From a virus: 64,000 nucleotides of DNA. The stretch spans positions 19,877-83,876 of the IMG/VR virus record IMGVR_UViG_3300009117_000047, one strand, 5' to 3'. Both the position numbers and the translations under genes were made by a program. Shown here one piece after another: positions 40,487-49,489 of the stretch. The notes below the pieces were generated by a model. That model was given only the letters and a program-made list of their open reading frames with translations, searched no databases and was not told the origin of the DNA. Position 1 is the stretch's first letter. Every line of letters begins with the position of its first letter.

Positions 40487-40768
40487 TCATAAGTCACCAC
40501 CTGTTTTAATTTCTTTCATTAATTCATTATATTTATCAACAAATTCTTGTGGCATACAATAACCAAATTGATTATTCACATATTTCGCAAAGTCTACCGC
40601 CTTCTCCAATCCCGCTTTAAACATAACATTTTCAGATTCTAATTGGCGAATATATTCCTGCTCTTCTTCATATTTTTCTCTTTGATATTCTTCTTCTCTG
40701 TTTTGTATTTCGCAAAATTCTGCATATTGGTACTCTTCGTCACTATCATAATCAATTCTTTCTGCCAC
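40487..40768 (-). CDS. acidic hypothetical protein
   Basis: ORF track. Confidence 0.65.
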   Translation of the reverse strand: MAERIDYDSDEEYQYAEFCEIQNREEEYQREKYEEEQEYIRQLESENVMFKAGLEKAVDFAKYVNNQFGYCMPQEFVDKYNELMKEIKTGGDL

Positions 40769-40770
40769 AC

Positions 40771-41016
40771 TTATTCATCCCTCTCACAAATTCTTTCTGG
40801 TTCAATATCAAAATACTCACAAATTGGAACTAAATCGACTGCAATAATTCCATTTTCCAACAACACAACTTTTTCACCTGTGCTTAAATACTGACCACAC
40901 ATTTCAGCAAATTTTTGAATATGAAACGGATAAATCCAAGTCACTAATTCCTCGCCACGCCAACCAATTTCTTGTGTGCAGTCTGTAAGAAATTTGTATA
41001 GGTCTAATTCATTCAT
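40771..41016 (-). CDS. hypothetical protein
   Basis: ORF track. Confidence 0.65.
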   Translation of the reverse strand: MNELDLYKFLTDCTQEIGWRGEELVTWIYPFHIQKFAEMCGQYLSTGEKVVLLENGIIAVDLVPICEYFDIEPERICERDE

Positions 41017-41270
41017 TATCCAACCACCACTTTCTCAATATCTGTGTGATTGAAAAAATACATATTTGAATTTTCATACGGGTGTTCTTGTTTGTTATCC
41101 ATTTTATATCCTTCGTTAATAGGAACACCTATGTAATCCCAACTTTTCCCACTGTACGGATTATAAGCTCTCTTTCCAATTATAAGATAGTTTTGGAATT
41201 CATCTTCTGCTTCTGTTTCAACTCTTACAATAATCCCTACGTCTAAGAGAACATCATTAAATTTACTCAT
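41016..41270 (-). CDS. DUF4176-like small protein
   Basis: YLIIGKR...WDYIGVP..EG...YFFNH.DI.KV. Confidence 0.55.
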   Translation of the reverse strand: MSKFNDVLLDVGIIVRVETEAEDEFQNYLIIGKRAYNPYSGKSWDYIGVPINEGYKMDNKQEHPYENSNMYFFNHTDIEKVVVG

Positions 41271-41569
41271 TCCTCCACCAACTTTCTACCACACTTCGGG
41301 CAATATTGAGCATAATTTTCTTTAGGAAATTCACTATTGCCACCAATAAAACACAATTCGTTTTCTTTATTAAAATTTTTTATTAAAAGTTTATCTATCT
41401 CAGCAGTATTGCAAATTCCGCATCCTCTTTTTCTCTCTGTGTGTTCTTGGAGAGCTTGAATTGCGTTGTCGATTGCTGAATTTCTTTCTTTACACTCTTT
41501 TACAGTTAGACATTTTGACACAACTGTTTTTAAACCTTTTAAAATTTCAATGTCGTTCACTAACATCAC
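41267..41569 (-). CDS. hypothetical protein with C-terminal CPKCGRKL
   Basis: ORF track. Confidence 0.6.
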   Translation of the reverse strand: MMLVNDIEILKGLKTVVSKCLTVKECKERNSAIDNAIQALQEHTERKRGCGICNTAEIDKLLIKNFNKENELCFIGGNSEFPKENYAQYCPKCGRKLVEE

Positions 41570-41975
41570 TCCAATCTAATTTTTGTCCACATATAGAACA
41601 ATGTTCTGGATTCATTCTTTTATCATACGAAGCATACATTTTGTGTCCACATGAACACATATATTCTGGTTCAGCTAACTGCATCATCATTGGTTTAGTA
41701 GGAATTTGTTTCTCTAACAATTTGATAGCCGTATCTAACGCTGTGTAATACTTAATAGCTAGTTCATTTCCAACGGCAACATCACCCATTAAATTTGTTG
41801 CCATATAATCTAAATTTTTAATTACATCTTTAACATTGTCCATTGTTTCACCCACAATCACACTCTCTCCCGCTGGAATCCCTTCTATATTCTCACAATA
41901 AATCTTTCCGTCTTTGACGTAAAATTTTATTTTCTTTTCTCTAACCCACTTCTTTAATAAAACAATATCAACCAT
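41547..41975 (-). CDS. hypothetical protein with C-terminal zinc ribbon
   Basis: ALDTAIKLLEKQIP.KP...CSCG...CSICGQKLDW. Confidence 0.7.
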   Translation of the reverse strand: MVDIVLLKKWVREKKIKFYVKDGKIYCENIEGIPAGESVIVGETMDNVKDVIKNLDYMATNLMGDVAVGNELAIKYYTALDTAIKLLEKQIPTKPMMMQLAEPEYMCSCGHKMYASYDKRMNPEHCSICGQKLDWSDVSERH

Positions 41976-42004
41976 GAGATTCTCCCTTGCTTAAAATAGT
42001 TCTT

Positions 42005-42718
42005 TTAACTAGCCTTATCTATGTAATCATTTTCTTCCAGTAAACCAATAATCCATTCTCTACCTTTTTCACTAAATTTCAACGTTTGACCATGTTCATT
42101 AATTGTATAATCTGCGTATTCTGGAATTCTGTTTTCATGTTCGGCATATAAGTACCATGTTCCACTCTGTTTGTAGACAATATGTAAATCGTGCAAAATC
42201 TTATTAAGTTTCTGTGCTGACATTTTCAAGTCTTTTGCAATAGCTGTTACTGTGACATATTTTACATATCCTTGCTGTTCAGCTTCAGCATTTGGATTCA
42301 ATACCTTTTGGTAATATTCTACTTGTGGCTGCATTAACGCCTTTTCTTCTTCAGACTGAACTAACGCTTTGAGAGCTGACAAGTAATCTTGTGGCAATTG
42401 TTGCATTGTAACTTCTTTCAACTTATTTTCACAAGCAATAAAATATTGTCTTGCCTGTCTACCTTTTTCGTTGTTCTCAACCATAGACAATTCTTTTGCC
42501 ATATCAATAGTTAAAGCATAATCATACTCATTTTGACCTCTATTGCACTGTACTAAAATTTTAGTATAGTCAAAATCTTCTTTGAACTCGTATTTTTTAA
42601 CACGATTTAAAATCCAATCATTGAATCTACTTTTGACTTCCAAAAACTCATGTAATTCTCTACCACTTACTAATCTTCTTCCGCTGTTATCTGTTGTAAT
42701 TTTAATTAAATCGTTTAT
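42005..42718 (-). CDS. phage antirepressor (AntA/AntB N-terminal + KilAC C-terminal), ATA start
   Basis: VSGRELHEFLEVKSRFNDW...DYALTIDMAKELSMV...GRQARQYFI; TAIAKDL.MSAQKLN..L. Confidence 0.85.
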   Translation of the reverse strand: MNDLIKITTDNSGRRLVSGRELHEFLEVKSRFNDWILNRVKKYEFKEDFDYTKILVQCNRGQNEYDYALTIDMAKELSMVENNEKGRQARQYFIACENKLKEVTMQQLPQDYLSALKALVQSEEEKALMQPQVEYYQKVLNPNAEAEQQGYVKYVTVTAIAKDLKMSAQKLNKILHDLHIVYKQSGTWYLYAEHENRIPEYADYTINEHGQTLKFSEKGREWIIGLLEENDYIDKAS

Positions 42719-42894
42719 ATTAATCTCTCCTTTGATTTTGTAATTCTCTCAATATTTTATCAACATATGGTTGTAATTCTTCAATTGGCGTTCCTAGAAT
42801 CGTATTATTCTTAATGTCTTCTAACCCAAACCACATAGTTCCCTCCTTCTCACACCACATAAAAGTTACTTTTTATTTTGTATAAAACAAATTG

Positions 42895-43698
42895 TCAAAC
42901 CTTAAGTTCTACGGAATAATCCCTTAAATTATTGTACATATGTATGATTCGATTTTTCTTTCTGTTACCATTATATATATTTACAAATAAGTCTCTTTTC
43001 ATTTTTGCATTTCCACTTACTGGGATTTTATTCCTTAAATTTTTATTAAATTCAATTTCAATTCCTTGCTCAAAATATTCTGGAATGAACCAGCTTTTAC
43101 AATAAAAATCTCTATACAATAAATCAACATCAAAATCTGCTGATATTCCAAGTTTATTTTTTGGCAACGTCTTATACCATTTAAAAAATGAAATTACTTT
43201 TTCTTTATTTTCTATTTTTAAAGTACCTTGTTCTAATAATTTAGACATATTACCCAACACTCTTCCCTTCATTCCTAGTTTACACACAAGAGAAGGTGAC
43301 ACATTTAATTGATTTGCAATAGAATAAATTTCTATACAATTCTTATCTCCCGCTCTTGCGTACATTTGAATGAGTGCATTATTTCCTTTTTTATTAACTA
43401 CCGTATTTGTTTGTTTTAAGTCATCAATTTCGCTTATATTCTTATTAATAGTAAATAAGTAACTAATAGGAAATTTCTTTCCTTCATTTTGCAATAATTC
43501 TAAAGCTTTTAATCTATGATGCCCATCTCTAATAGTAAAGTCTTCATCAATTCTAATTGGCATTGTAATACCACCATATTGTAAAATACTTTCTTTTAAT
43601 TTATTAACATGAGACATTTTTAAATCTGAATTCATTTTGTTGCTTTTAAAAATACTTAAATCATATGTACTATAAATCTTACCCACTACTTCATTCAT
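42895..43698 (-). CDS. ParB/Sulfiredoxin-like N-terminal domain protein
   Basis: LKESI...PI.IDE..TIRDGHHRLKAL. Confidence 0.75.
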   Translation of the reverse strand: MNEVVGKIYSTYDLSIFKSNKMNSDLKMSHVNKLKESILQYGGITMPIRIDEDFTIRDGHHRLKALELLQNEGKKFPISYLFTINKNISEIDDLKQTNTVVNKKGNNALIQMYARAGDKNCIEIYSIANQLNVSPSLVCKLGMKGRVLGNMSKLLEQGTLKIENKEKVISFFKWYKTLPKNKLGISADFDVDLLYRDFYCKSWFIPEYFEQGIEIEFNKNLRNKIPVSGNAKMKRDLFVNIYNGNRKKNRIIHMYNNLRDYSVELKV

Positions 43699-43736
43699 TT
43701 TTTATTTCCTCCTTAAATTAACTTAAAGTTTCCGTT

Positions 43737-44123
43737 TTATCTGTTTAGTGATTCTGAATTGTCGTGAATTGAGCCGATAATCTCGCACTTTTCATCCCAA
43801 ATATCAGATAGAAATTCACAACATCCTTCATCGTTTATAGCCATCCACGCAAGATCACCTTCGCTCCAAACTATTGTAAATTCTTGCTCGTAATCGTCGT
43901 CCCAGAACTTATCCCATTCGAAAGCCTTAATGTTGTTTTTATCAGTTTTCCCCGTCCACTCCCCAACGGTTTTAGGGATAACAGCTATTGTGGTTCCAAT
44001 GTAATTTCCATCCATAAGTCTGATCCATTTTTGACCGTTCTGGCTTCTTACTCCGCTGTAGATTTCTCCCTCTACCCACTCGCCACTGTCTACTCTTTTC
44101 CCTCTGTCTAATCTATCTCTCAT
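43737..44123 (-). CDS. yopX: YopX family protein
   Basis: RGKRVDSGEWVEG...TVGEWTGKTDKN...EIIGSIHDN. Confidence 0.85.
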   Translation of the reverse strand: MRDRLDRGKRVDSGEWVEGEIYSGVRSQNGQKWIRLMDGNYIGTTIAVIPKTVGEWTGKTDKNNIKAFEWDKFWDDDYEQEFTIVWSEGDLAWMAINDEGCCEFLSDIWDEKCEIIGSIHDNSESLNR

Positions 44124-44160
44124 TACAATCCTCCTTTTTATCGACTTTAAAACTTCTATT

Positions 44161-44637
44161 CTATGGTAAGATTCTTATAATTTCTTTTCCAACCTTATCA
44201 GCGTATTTTACACAATTTCCAGTTCCACCTTTACTACCATCCCATACAGCAATCACTTTATCAGCCAAATCAACCATATATTCATTTCGTTTCTGCATTA
44301 GCCAAGGTTTATACTCTTCCTCAGAAACAAGCTTTACAATATCTGCTTTAGATAATATTTCTTCATATAAGTCTTGGCTCTCTTTAATCCATTTACACGA
44401 ATGATTCTTACACGGAATTGCACAATGTAATTTAATTGGATATCCTTCATTCTTTAGCTCTAAAACTGCTAACGCAAATACCGTATCTACACCAAGAGCC
44501 ATTCCGCTAATTGCTTCCTCACATTCGTTTTCTTTCAACAATTGCTTGAATTGATTTTTTAATTTAATCCATCTTGAATCTTTTAAATTGTATCCGTAAA
44601 GTTTGTTAGGTCTATGTCCTGTTACACTAATTATCAA
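44161..44637 (-). CDS. SLOG superfamily protein (DUF1273/YspA-like)
   Basis: SVTGHRP, GMALGVD, RNEYMVD, AVWDGSKGGT. Confidence 0.85.
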   Translation of the reverse strand: MIISVTGHRPNKLYGYNLKDSRWIKLKNQFKQLLKENECEEAISGMALGVDTVFALAVLELKNEGYPIKLHCAIPCKNHSCKWIKESQDLYEEILSKADIVKLVSEEEYKPWLMQKRNEYMVDLADKVIAVWDGSKGGTGNCVKYADKVGKEIIRILP

Positions 44638-44884
44638 TGTTTTACCTCCTGTTAAAAATTCTCTTTTATCTGGTTTTACCTATTTGTTATTGTTTTTATA
44701 AATTCTCTATGTTTGATTCTACTTTCAGTTTCTTTCATTAAAGCGTCAATTTGAGCCTGTAATTTAGGCTTTTTATAGACCACTCTTTTGCATCTTATGT
44801 AAAATCTATAATCTTGTCTTAATTCAGCGATTTTCTTATCAATTGCCATTTTACCTCCCGATAAAACAATAGTTTTATGTCTAT

Positions 44885-45139
44885 TTAAGCCGTTTTCATA
44901 TCAAACATTGATGGTAAGATAGCGTATTTAGTCATTAACTTAGAATAATATGTAGTGTCTCCAAAGTTATGGCAAACTCTTTTTAGTTTGTCGTCCCAAA
45001 CAACCACAGTTTCTTTCCCGTCAATTTTCATAATGTCAATCAAAAATCTATTTGGATTATCAATATACTTTTCATAATCCCTAAATACTAAATTTAAAGC
45101 TGCCATATCTCTTTCAACTTCTTTTTTTGTTTTACTCAT
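44885..45139 (-). CDS. hypothetical protein
   Basis: ORF track, SD. Confidence 0.65.
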   Translation of the reverse strand: MSKTKKEVERDMAALNLVFRDYEKYIDNPNRFLIDIMKIDGKETVVVWDDKLKRVCHNFGDTTYYSKLMTKYAILPSMFDMKTA

Positions 45140-45211
45140 ACCATTTTCCTCCTCATATTTGTTATAATGTTAATATTAGTTTTAAATTAGAGTTTATACA
45201 TTATGTTGATT

Positions 45212-45457
45212 TTATGTAATCTTAATGTTTTTAAGCGCTTCTTTGATTAAATCCCAAACTCCTCTACCTTCATTCCAAGGTAGTTCTATGTTCCCACTGG
45301 CAGAACATCCCAACATTTCTTTCGCTATGTAATCATATTTTAAATTGTACTTTTTCTTTTTGTATATTAAGTTTGCGTATATGATTCCTTCCACATGTTT
45401 AAGTGTTCTAATATTAGTAATTTTAATTCTTTCGTTAATTATGATATCTTCCATCAT
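45212..45457 (-). CDS. hypothetical protein
   Basis: ORF track; upstream promoter. Confidence 0.65.
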   Translation of the reverse strand: MMEDIIINERIKITNIRTLKHVEGIIYANLIYKKKKYNLKYDYIAKEMLGCSASGNIELPWNEGRGVWDLIKEALKNIKIT

Positions 45458-45499
45458 TTGCCCTCCAGACTATTATCATGATTGTTTGTTCGCATAATC

Positions 45500-45528
45500 A
45501 TTATATATCAGAACATATGTTTCGTCAA
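45500..45528 (-). promoter_or_regulatory. sigma-A promoter TTGACG-17-TATAAT
   Basis: Near-consensus at 17 nt. Confidence 0.75.
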
Positions 45529-45623
45529 TTGATTTTACCTAAATTGTTATAAAATAGTCATATTTCCACAAATTAAATAACTTTGTCATTTTGTTTTAAA
45601 TTAGAGTTTATGCTCTATCTTTA

Positions 45624-45646
45624 GAACCCCAATATTTATGGGGTTC
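45624..45646. terminator. GC-rich hairpin after the inactive recombinase gene (possible terminator)
   Basis: GAACCCC-9-GGGGTTC; U-tract weak on minus strand. Confidence 0.45.
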
Positions 45647-45656
45647 AATTATTTAT

Positions 45657-46652
45657 TTAATTATTTAAAAAATACGGAATTAATCGCCTTCTAACATCAT
45701 TTGCCCGATATTGACAATTTGTTCTCGCCATGATGATATCGATATTTACATTGGCAGATACGATATTATCTTCTTTAATTAAGTTTCTAATTTTTTCAAT
45801 ATCACCACCCATGTAATCAAATAAAATCTTGAATAAATAACTATTTCTCAATATTTCTTCATTGATTTCGCTACCAATTATTCTTTCAATCTCTGAGAAT
45901 CTTGATGAGTGTATTGATTTCGCTATCGTGTAATAAGTGTTTCTATCGTTTTTCCAGACATTTTTGTTAGGCTTCGTTGGAAATTTATATAAAGAGCCAT
46001 ATAAATCCTCTAATCTATATTTTATTTCTCTTACACCAGACGCCCCTAGTATAGTAACACTTTGCATTTCATGGACACCTACTAAAATATCTTTTAATTC
46101 ATTTGAAATTGGTAGCTTATAATCACCCAAATCTAAAATATTTTTACGAATGTCCAAGTCAGTATATTTTAATTCTATAAACTTCATAACGCTTGGTACT
46201 CCTTCGTACAAAGCTCTTATTATTCCCTCCAAATAGATTAGATAAAATGATCCTCTCAAACGCACAAAGATGTCATTCATTTCATCGGGAGTATATAATA
46301 TTTTATTGTCGGGTTTAATATAGCTCAATATAGCCATATCTGATAATAATTTATTGTTTTCAGCAATTGGATTTCTGTCTGAATATCCATTTTTAATACA
46401 CCAATCAAAGAAATTATTATATTTACTTTTTATTACACTAATTTGAGCCATATTTCTCATATTTTCTCCATTTATTTTTAACAATGAAAAAAACTTAAGC
46501 AAATCATCTGCATTAAAATTAAATATAGTTTTGTTAAACTCATTCTCGCAATCATAGAGTTCTTCCTTAAATAAAGAATTCCAAATGGAGCTATTATTTT
46601 TTTTACTCAAAAACTCATCAACGATTTGTTTCGTTTCCACAAGATACCACAA
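45657..46652 (-). CDS. tyrosine-recombinase-fold protein lacking catalytic residues (SPbeta YopR/SroF-like repressor candidate)
   Basis: Core-binding N-domain (FFDWCIKNG..RNP); box I reads ALYEG (no TGxR); box II reads EEILRNS (no HxxR). Confidence 0.65.
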   Translation of the reverse strand: MWYLVETKQIVDEFLSKKNNSSIWNSLFKEELYDCENEFNKTIFNFNADDLLKFFSLLKINGENMRNMAQISVIKSKYNNFFDWCIKNGYSDRNPIAENNKLLSDMAILSYIKPDNKILYTPDEMNDIFVRLRGSFYLIYLEGIIRALYEGVPSVMKFIELKYTDLDIRKNILDLGDYKLPISNELKDILVGVHEMQSVTILGASGVREIKYRLEDLYGSLYKFPTKPNKNVWKNDRNTYYTIAKSIHSSRFSEIERIIGSEINEEILRNSYLFKILFDYMGGDIEKIRNLIKEDNIVSANVNIDIIMARTNCQYRANDVRRRLIPYFLNN

Positions 46653-46682
46653 CCTTTCTAATATGTTTTTGTATCTATCGGA

Positions 46683-46711
46683 ATTATAATTTTAAAAATA
46701 TAAAATGTCAA
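46683..46711 (-). promoter_or_regulatory. sigma-A promoter TTGACA-17-TATAAT
   Basis: Perfect consensus; 20-mer copy just upstream. Confidence 0.85.
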
Positions 46712-46724
46712 GAACTATTTTAAA

Positions 46725-47189
46725 TTAGAGTTTAATCCCTATCATGGAAAACAATGGGATTTGAATTAATAAAGCCTTAACAATTCTCATAATATCAATA
46801 AACTTAGATACTTCACCAATACATTCTTTAACCTTACATTTTTGTACTGTAAGTATCTGTTCGCATAGTAAGGTACTATCTTTAGGCAAACCGCACTCTT
46901 CCTCATAAAAGTCTACATGGACAGGCAAATCATTTTTTGTTTTAGATGTAAAAGGAATGACTAAAACAGTGGGGCTATACTTATTGTTTTTATTGTTGCT
47001 AATTACTATACAAGGTCTTACTCCACTCTGAATACTACCTTCTGGATTGCCCAAATCTACAAAATAAATACCTAAGCATCTCACTCTTGGTGTTTTTTCA
47101 ATAAAATCCAATGTTCTGTTTTTATATTCCATTATCCCCTTGAAGAGCGGTTCTCTGGGCTGCTCAAGCACTGCTGTCATATTTGTCAT
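46725..47189 (-). CDS. mazF: MazF/PemK-family endoribonuclease, no adjacent MazE
   Basis: YFVDL..P.GS.Q.GVRP..VISN..N..SPTV..P.TS...LPVHV...DS.LLCEQI.T; catalytic Arg and Thr retained. Confidence 0.9.
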   Translation of the reverse strand: MTNMTAVLEQPREPLFKGIMEYKNRTLDFIEKTPRVRCLGIYFVDLGNPEGSIQSGVRPCIVISNNKNNKYSPTVLVIPFTSKTKNDLPVHVDFYEEECGLPKDSTLLCEQILTVQKCKVKECIGEVSKFIDIMRIVKALLIQIPLFSMIGIKL

Positions 47190-47283
47190 AGTTATTCCTC
47201 CTTCTTAAAACGAATGTAAATTTTAAATTTGAATTATAATTAGAGCTTATCAATGATGTACCCGCAATATAAATGTTCTTCAT
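47164..47283 (-). CDS. 39-aa upstream ORF overlapping the mazF RBS and start
   Basis: AAAGGAG-7-ATG; MKNIYIAGTSLISSNYNSNLKFTFVLRRRNNYDKYDSSA. Confidence 0.45.
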   Translation of the reverse strand: MKNIYIAGTSLISSNYNSNLKFTFVLRRRNNYDKYDSSA

Positions 47284-47307
47284 GTGCATTCTCCTTTGCG
47301 TATTTCT

Positions 47308-47336
47308 ACTATAACACGATAGTTATAGTGTGTCAA
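47308..47336 (-). promoter_or_regulatory. sigma-A promoter TTGACA-17-TATAGT with palindrome ACTATAAC-N6-GTTATAGT
   Basis: Consensus spacing; inverted repeat 47308-47329. Confidence 0.8.
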
Positions 47337-47400
47337 TAGTTATTTTTAATTAGAGTTTCTTTTTTTTGTATTTTTTCTTTTTTATCAAATGCAAATTTTA

Positions 47401-47763
47401 TTAGCTATCTTCCTCGAAGTATACTATTTCATTTTCTTCTAATGGCAACCAATTTTTTATACTGTTATAAACCATCTTCGTCATTGTTTCTTCGCTGCGA
47501 TCAATTCCAAATTTTTCAATATCTATTTTGTTTTTAAGCCACTCAATCATTTCTAACAATGTCTTTTCTGATACAATATTATATTCTTCATAAGTCCAAT
47601 GTAATTCGTCATGATCTTGGTAAAAATCTCTTAATACAGGATAGTAACTGCTTACCTCGTCAATAGTCGCTTTATCCACATCTTCGTAAAATGGATACTC
47701 GACTTTCTTTAATTTTCTTTTATCCGCTTTAATTAAGTACATATCGTAACCCATAATGTTCAC
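47401..47763 (-). CDS. hypothetical protein
   Basis: ORF track, SD. Confidence 0.7.
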   Translation of the reverse strand: MNIMGYDMYLIKADKRKLKKVEYPFYEDVDKATIDEVSSYYPVLRDFYQDHDELHWTYEEYNIVSEKTLLEMIEWLKNKIDIEKFGIDRSEETMTKMVYNSIKNWLPLEENEIVYFEEDS

Positions 47764-47768
47764 TCCTT

Positions 47769-48074
47769 TTAAAACATAATTCCCACTTCGCCCTTACTCT
47801 TCAATAATATATAAATTGTACTTTCGCTATGCTTGATTTTATAATTTTCCAATTCCCATTTGTAAACATCAATTTCAACACCCGTTGCTCTTGACTTTAA
47901 ATGAAGCATATCTGGATTAGCTGTATCAATGTATCCTTTCATATCTTCTACATCTTTAAAGTCGTTAAATCCGATAGTAGAAACTGCACCATATAAAAGT
48001 CCTACTAGTTGATTATTCTGTTGTTTTAATTCGTATGCATCTGTTATTAATTTTTTAAATAAGCAATCTTCCAT
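47769..48074 (-). CDS. hypothetical protein
   Basis: ORF track, SD. Confidence 0.7.
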   Translation of the reverse strand: MEDCLFKKLITDAYELKQQNNQLVGLLYGAVSTIGFNDFKDVEDMKGYIDTANPDMLHLKSRATGVEIDVYKWELENYKIKHSESTIYILLKSKGEVGIMF

Positions 48075-48078
48075 GTTC

Positions 48079-48318
48079 TCACTCCTTAATCACGTTTAAA
48101 TCTTCATCTACTTTGAATAATCTTTTACCGCAGTCTGTACAAATTGCATACTTACTTCTATTTTTGTATCTTAAACTACCATGTAGTTCTGATGCTTCTG
48201 TTTCTCCTGTTTTAAGGTCAACATAATATTCACCATGACCACTTATATTTTGTTTTATTGTGATTGAGCCGCCGCCACAATAAGGACATTCTTTTATTGG
48301 AAAATTATATTTGTTCAT
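48079..48318 (-). CDS. zinc-ribbon hypothetical protein
   Basis: CPYC...CTDC. Confidence 0.7.
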   Translation of the reverse strand: MNKYNFPIKECPYCGGGSITIKQNISGHGEYYVDLKTGETEASELHGSLRYKNRSKYAICTDCGKRLFKVDEDLNVIKE

Positions 48319-48330
48319 ATCTACCCCTCC

Positions 48331-48681
48331 TTATTTCGCCATTCTATCTCTAATTGGTTTAAGATAAACTAATTCTTTATACGTCATAGGCTTTTCACAT
48401 TCTTCCAATGGTCTTACCTTAGTAGTCTGAAATGGTTTTGACCAATCTGTTTGAACATCAATTTTATAGTTCAACATGCATCTAAATTTTGTAATATCAT
48501 ATTGTAGTGCTTTACAACCATAACAAGTCCTCTTAATATGTATCCTCCTCCTTATAATATTTACTATGTAACTGCACCATATTACCACAAATGCATTTAA
48601 CATGAGGTAATATTTTTGTTCTATCAATATCTTCTCTGTTAAATTGTAACAAAGCATTACATTCACTACAAACACACACAT
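48331..48681 (-). CDS. hypothetical protein (true start probably near 48541)
   Basis: ORF track; internal SD AGGAGGAGG. Confidence 0.5.
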   Translation of the reverse strand: MCVFVVNVMLCYNLTEKILIEQKYYLMLNAFVVIWCSYIVNIIRRRIHIKRTCYGCKALQYDITKFRCMLNYKIDVQTDWSKPFQTTKVRPLEECEKPMTYKELVYLKPIRDRMAK

Positions 48682-48772
48682 TTACTAAATCTTTCATCCT
48701 AAACTTCATATCATCTTTCTGCTCTTTGTCTAAAGTTGCAATAATATTAACCATTTCACTACTCCTCTCCAT
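48533..48772 (-). CDS. zinc-ribbon hypothetical protein
   Basis: CSEC...CIC. Confidence 0.6.
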   Translation of the reverse strand: MERSSEMVNIIATLDKEQKDDMKFRMKDLVNVCVCSECNALLQFNREDIDRTKILPHVKCICGNMVQLHSKYYKEEDTY

Positions 48773-48795
48773 TTAAAATCAAACTTTTATTTGTT

Positions 48796-49035
48796 TTAAT
48801 AACAATCATCGTTAGCCAATATCATTTTAACTGTTCTACATTTTGGGCAAGCATATAAATTGACCGCTAATTCGTCTTCGTAGTAATAGTCACCATGTTC
48901 TGGTGGCGTTGAATTTTCAATTTTAAATTTATGATCTGTAAAAATTTGATGAAATTTTTCATCGCCTATCATATGCTTATAACCATTTTCAGTCCATTCT
49001 CCAAAATGCTCATATCCACAAGCTTGACATTTCAT
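48796..49035 (-). CDS. zinc-ribbon hypothetical protein
   Basis: CQAC...ACPKC. Confidence 0.7.
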   Translation of the reverse strand: MKCQACGYEHFGEWTENGYKHMIGDEKFHQIFTDHKFKIENSTPPEHGDYYYEDELAVNLYACPKCRTVKMILANDDCY

Positions 49036-49233
49036 AACTAATCCTCCTTTATATTTTATTCTACTTTATATTTTTCTTTATATAGTTCTAAAGCTTCTGA
49101 TATGACTTCAAATGCACCTTCGTCACCACTATGATTGCAAATATCTATATACCCATTATCCATCTGAAGCTCTAAATATTTTATTGCGTGAAATCTGTCT
49201 TTTTCATCCATATTAAACCTCCTTATTTTATAA

Positions 49234-49461
49234 TCAAGCCCACGGGCTTCTGCTGTACTTTATCTTGTTTTCTTTCGCTGGAATCTTTTTAAGTGCTTCA
49301 TCTTTACTTTTATACAGCCTACTTTTTCTCACACGAATCACCGTATCAGTATCCACAAATTTTATCGTGTAAAACTCACCAGAAACCCGAATAACTTTTA
49401 CTTCTTTGACTTGAGAATTATTCGTTATAATATATCGGATGATTTCTTTGCTGTTGTCCAT
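49234..49461 (-). CDS. hypothetical protein
   Basis: Start reassigned to MDNS after GAAGGTG. Confidence 0.6.
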   Translation of the reverse strand: MDNSKEIIRYIITNNSQVKEVKVIRVSGEFYTIKFVDTDTVIRVRKSRLYKSKDEALKKIPAKENKIKYSRSPWA

Positions 49462-49489
49462 ACTATCACCTTCTTCATATCTCAAACTT

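Larger units (their letters stand above)
15487..47360 (-). repeat. dispersed non-palindromic 20-mer GTTTTAAATTAGAGTTTATA (minus TATAAACTCTAATTTAAAAC), 11 copies
   Basis: Copies at 15487, 15574, 31535, 32018, 32261, 32327, 45179, 45593, 46717, 47233, 47342; same orientation, at promoters and operon boundaries. Confidence 0.85.

Noticed and set aside
15487-47360. GTTTTAAATTAGAGTTTATA repeat as a CRISPR repeat
   Set aside because: Copies are dispersed with irregular spacing, never form a repeat-spacer array, track promoters, and no cas1/cas2/effector genes are present.
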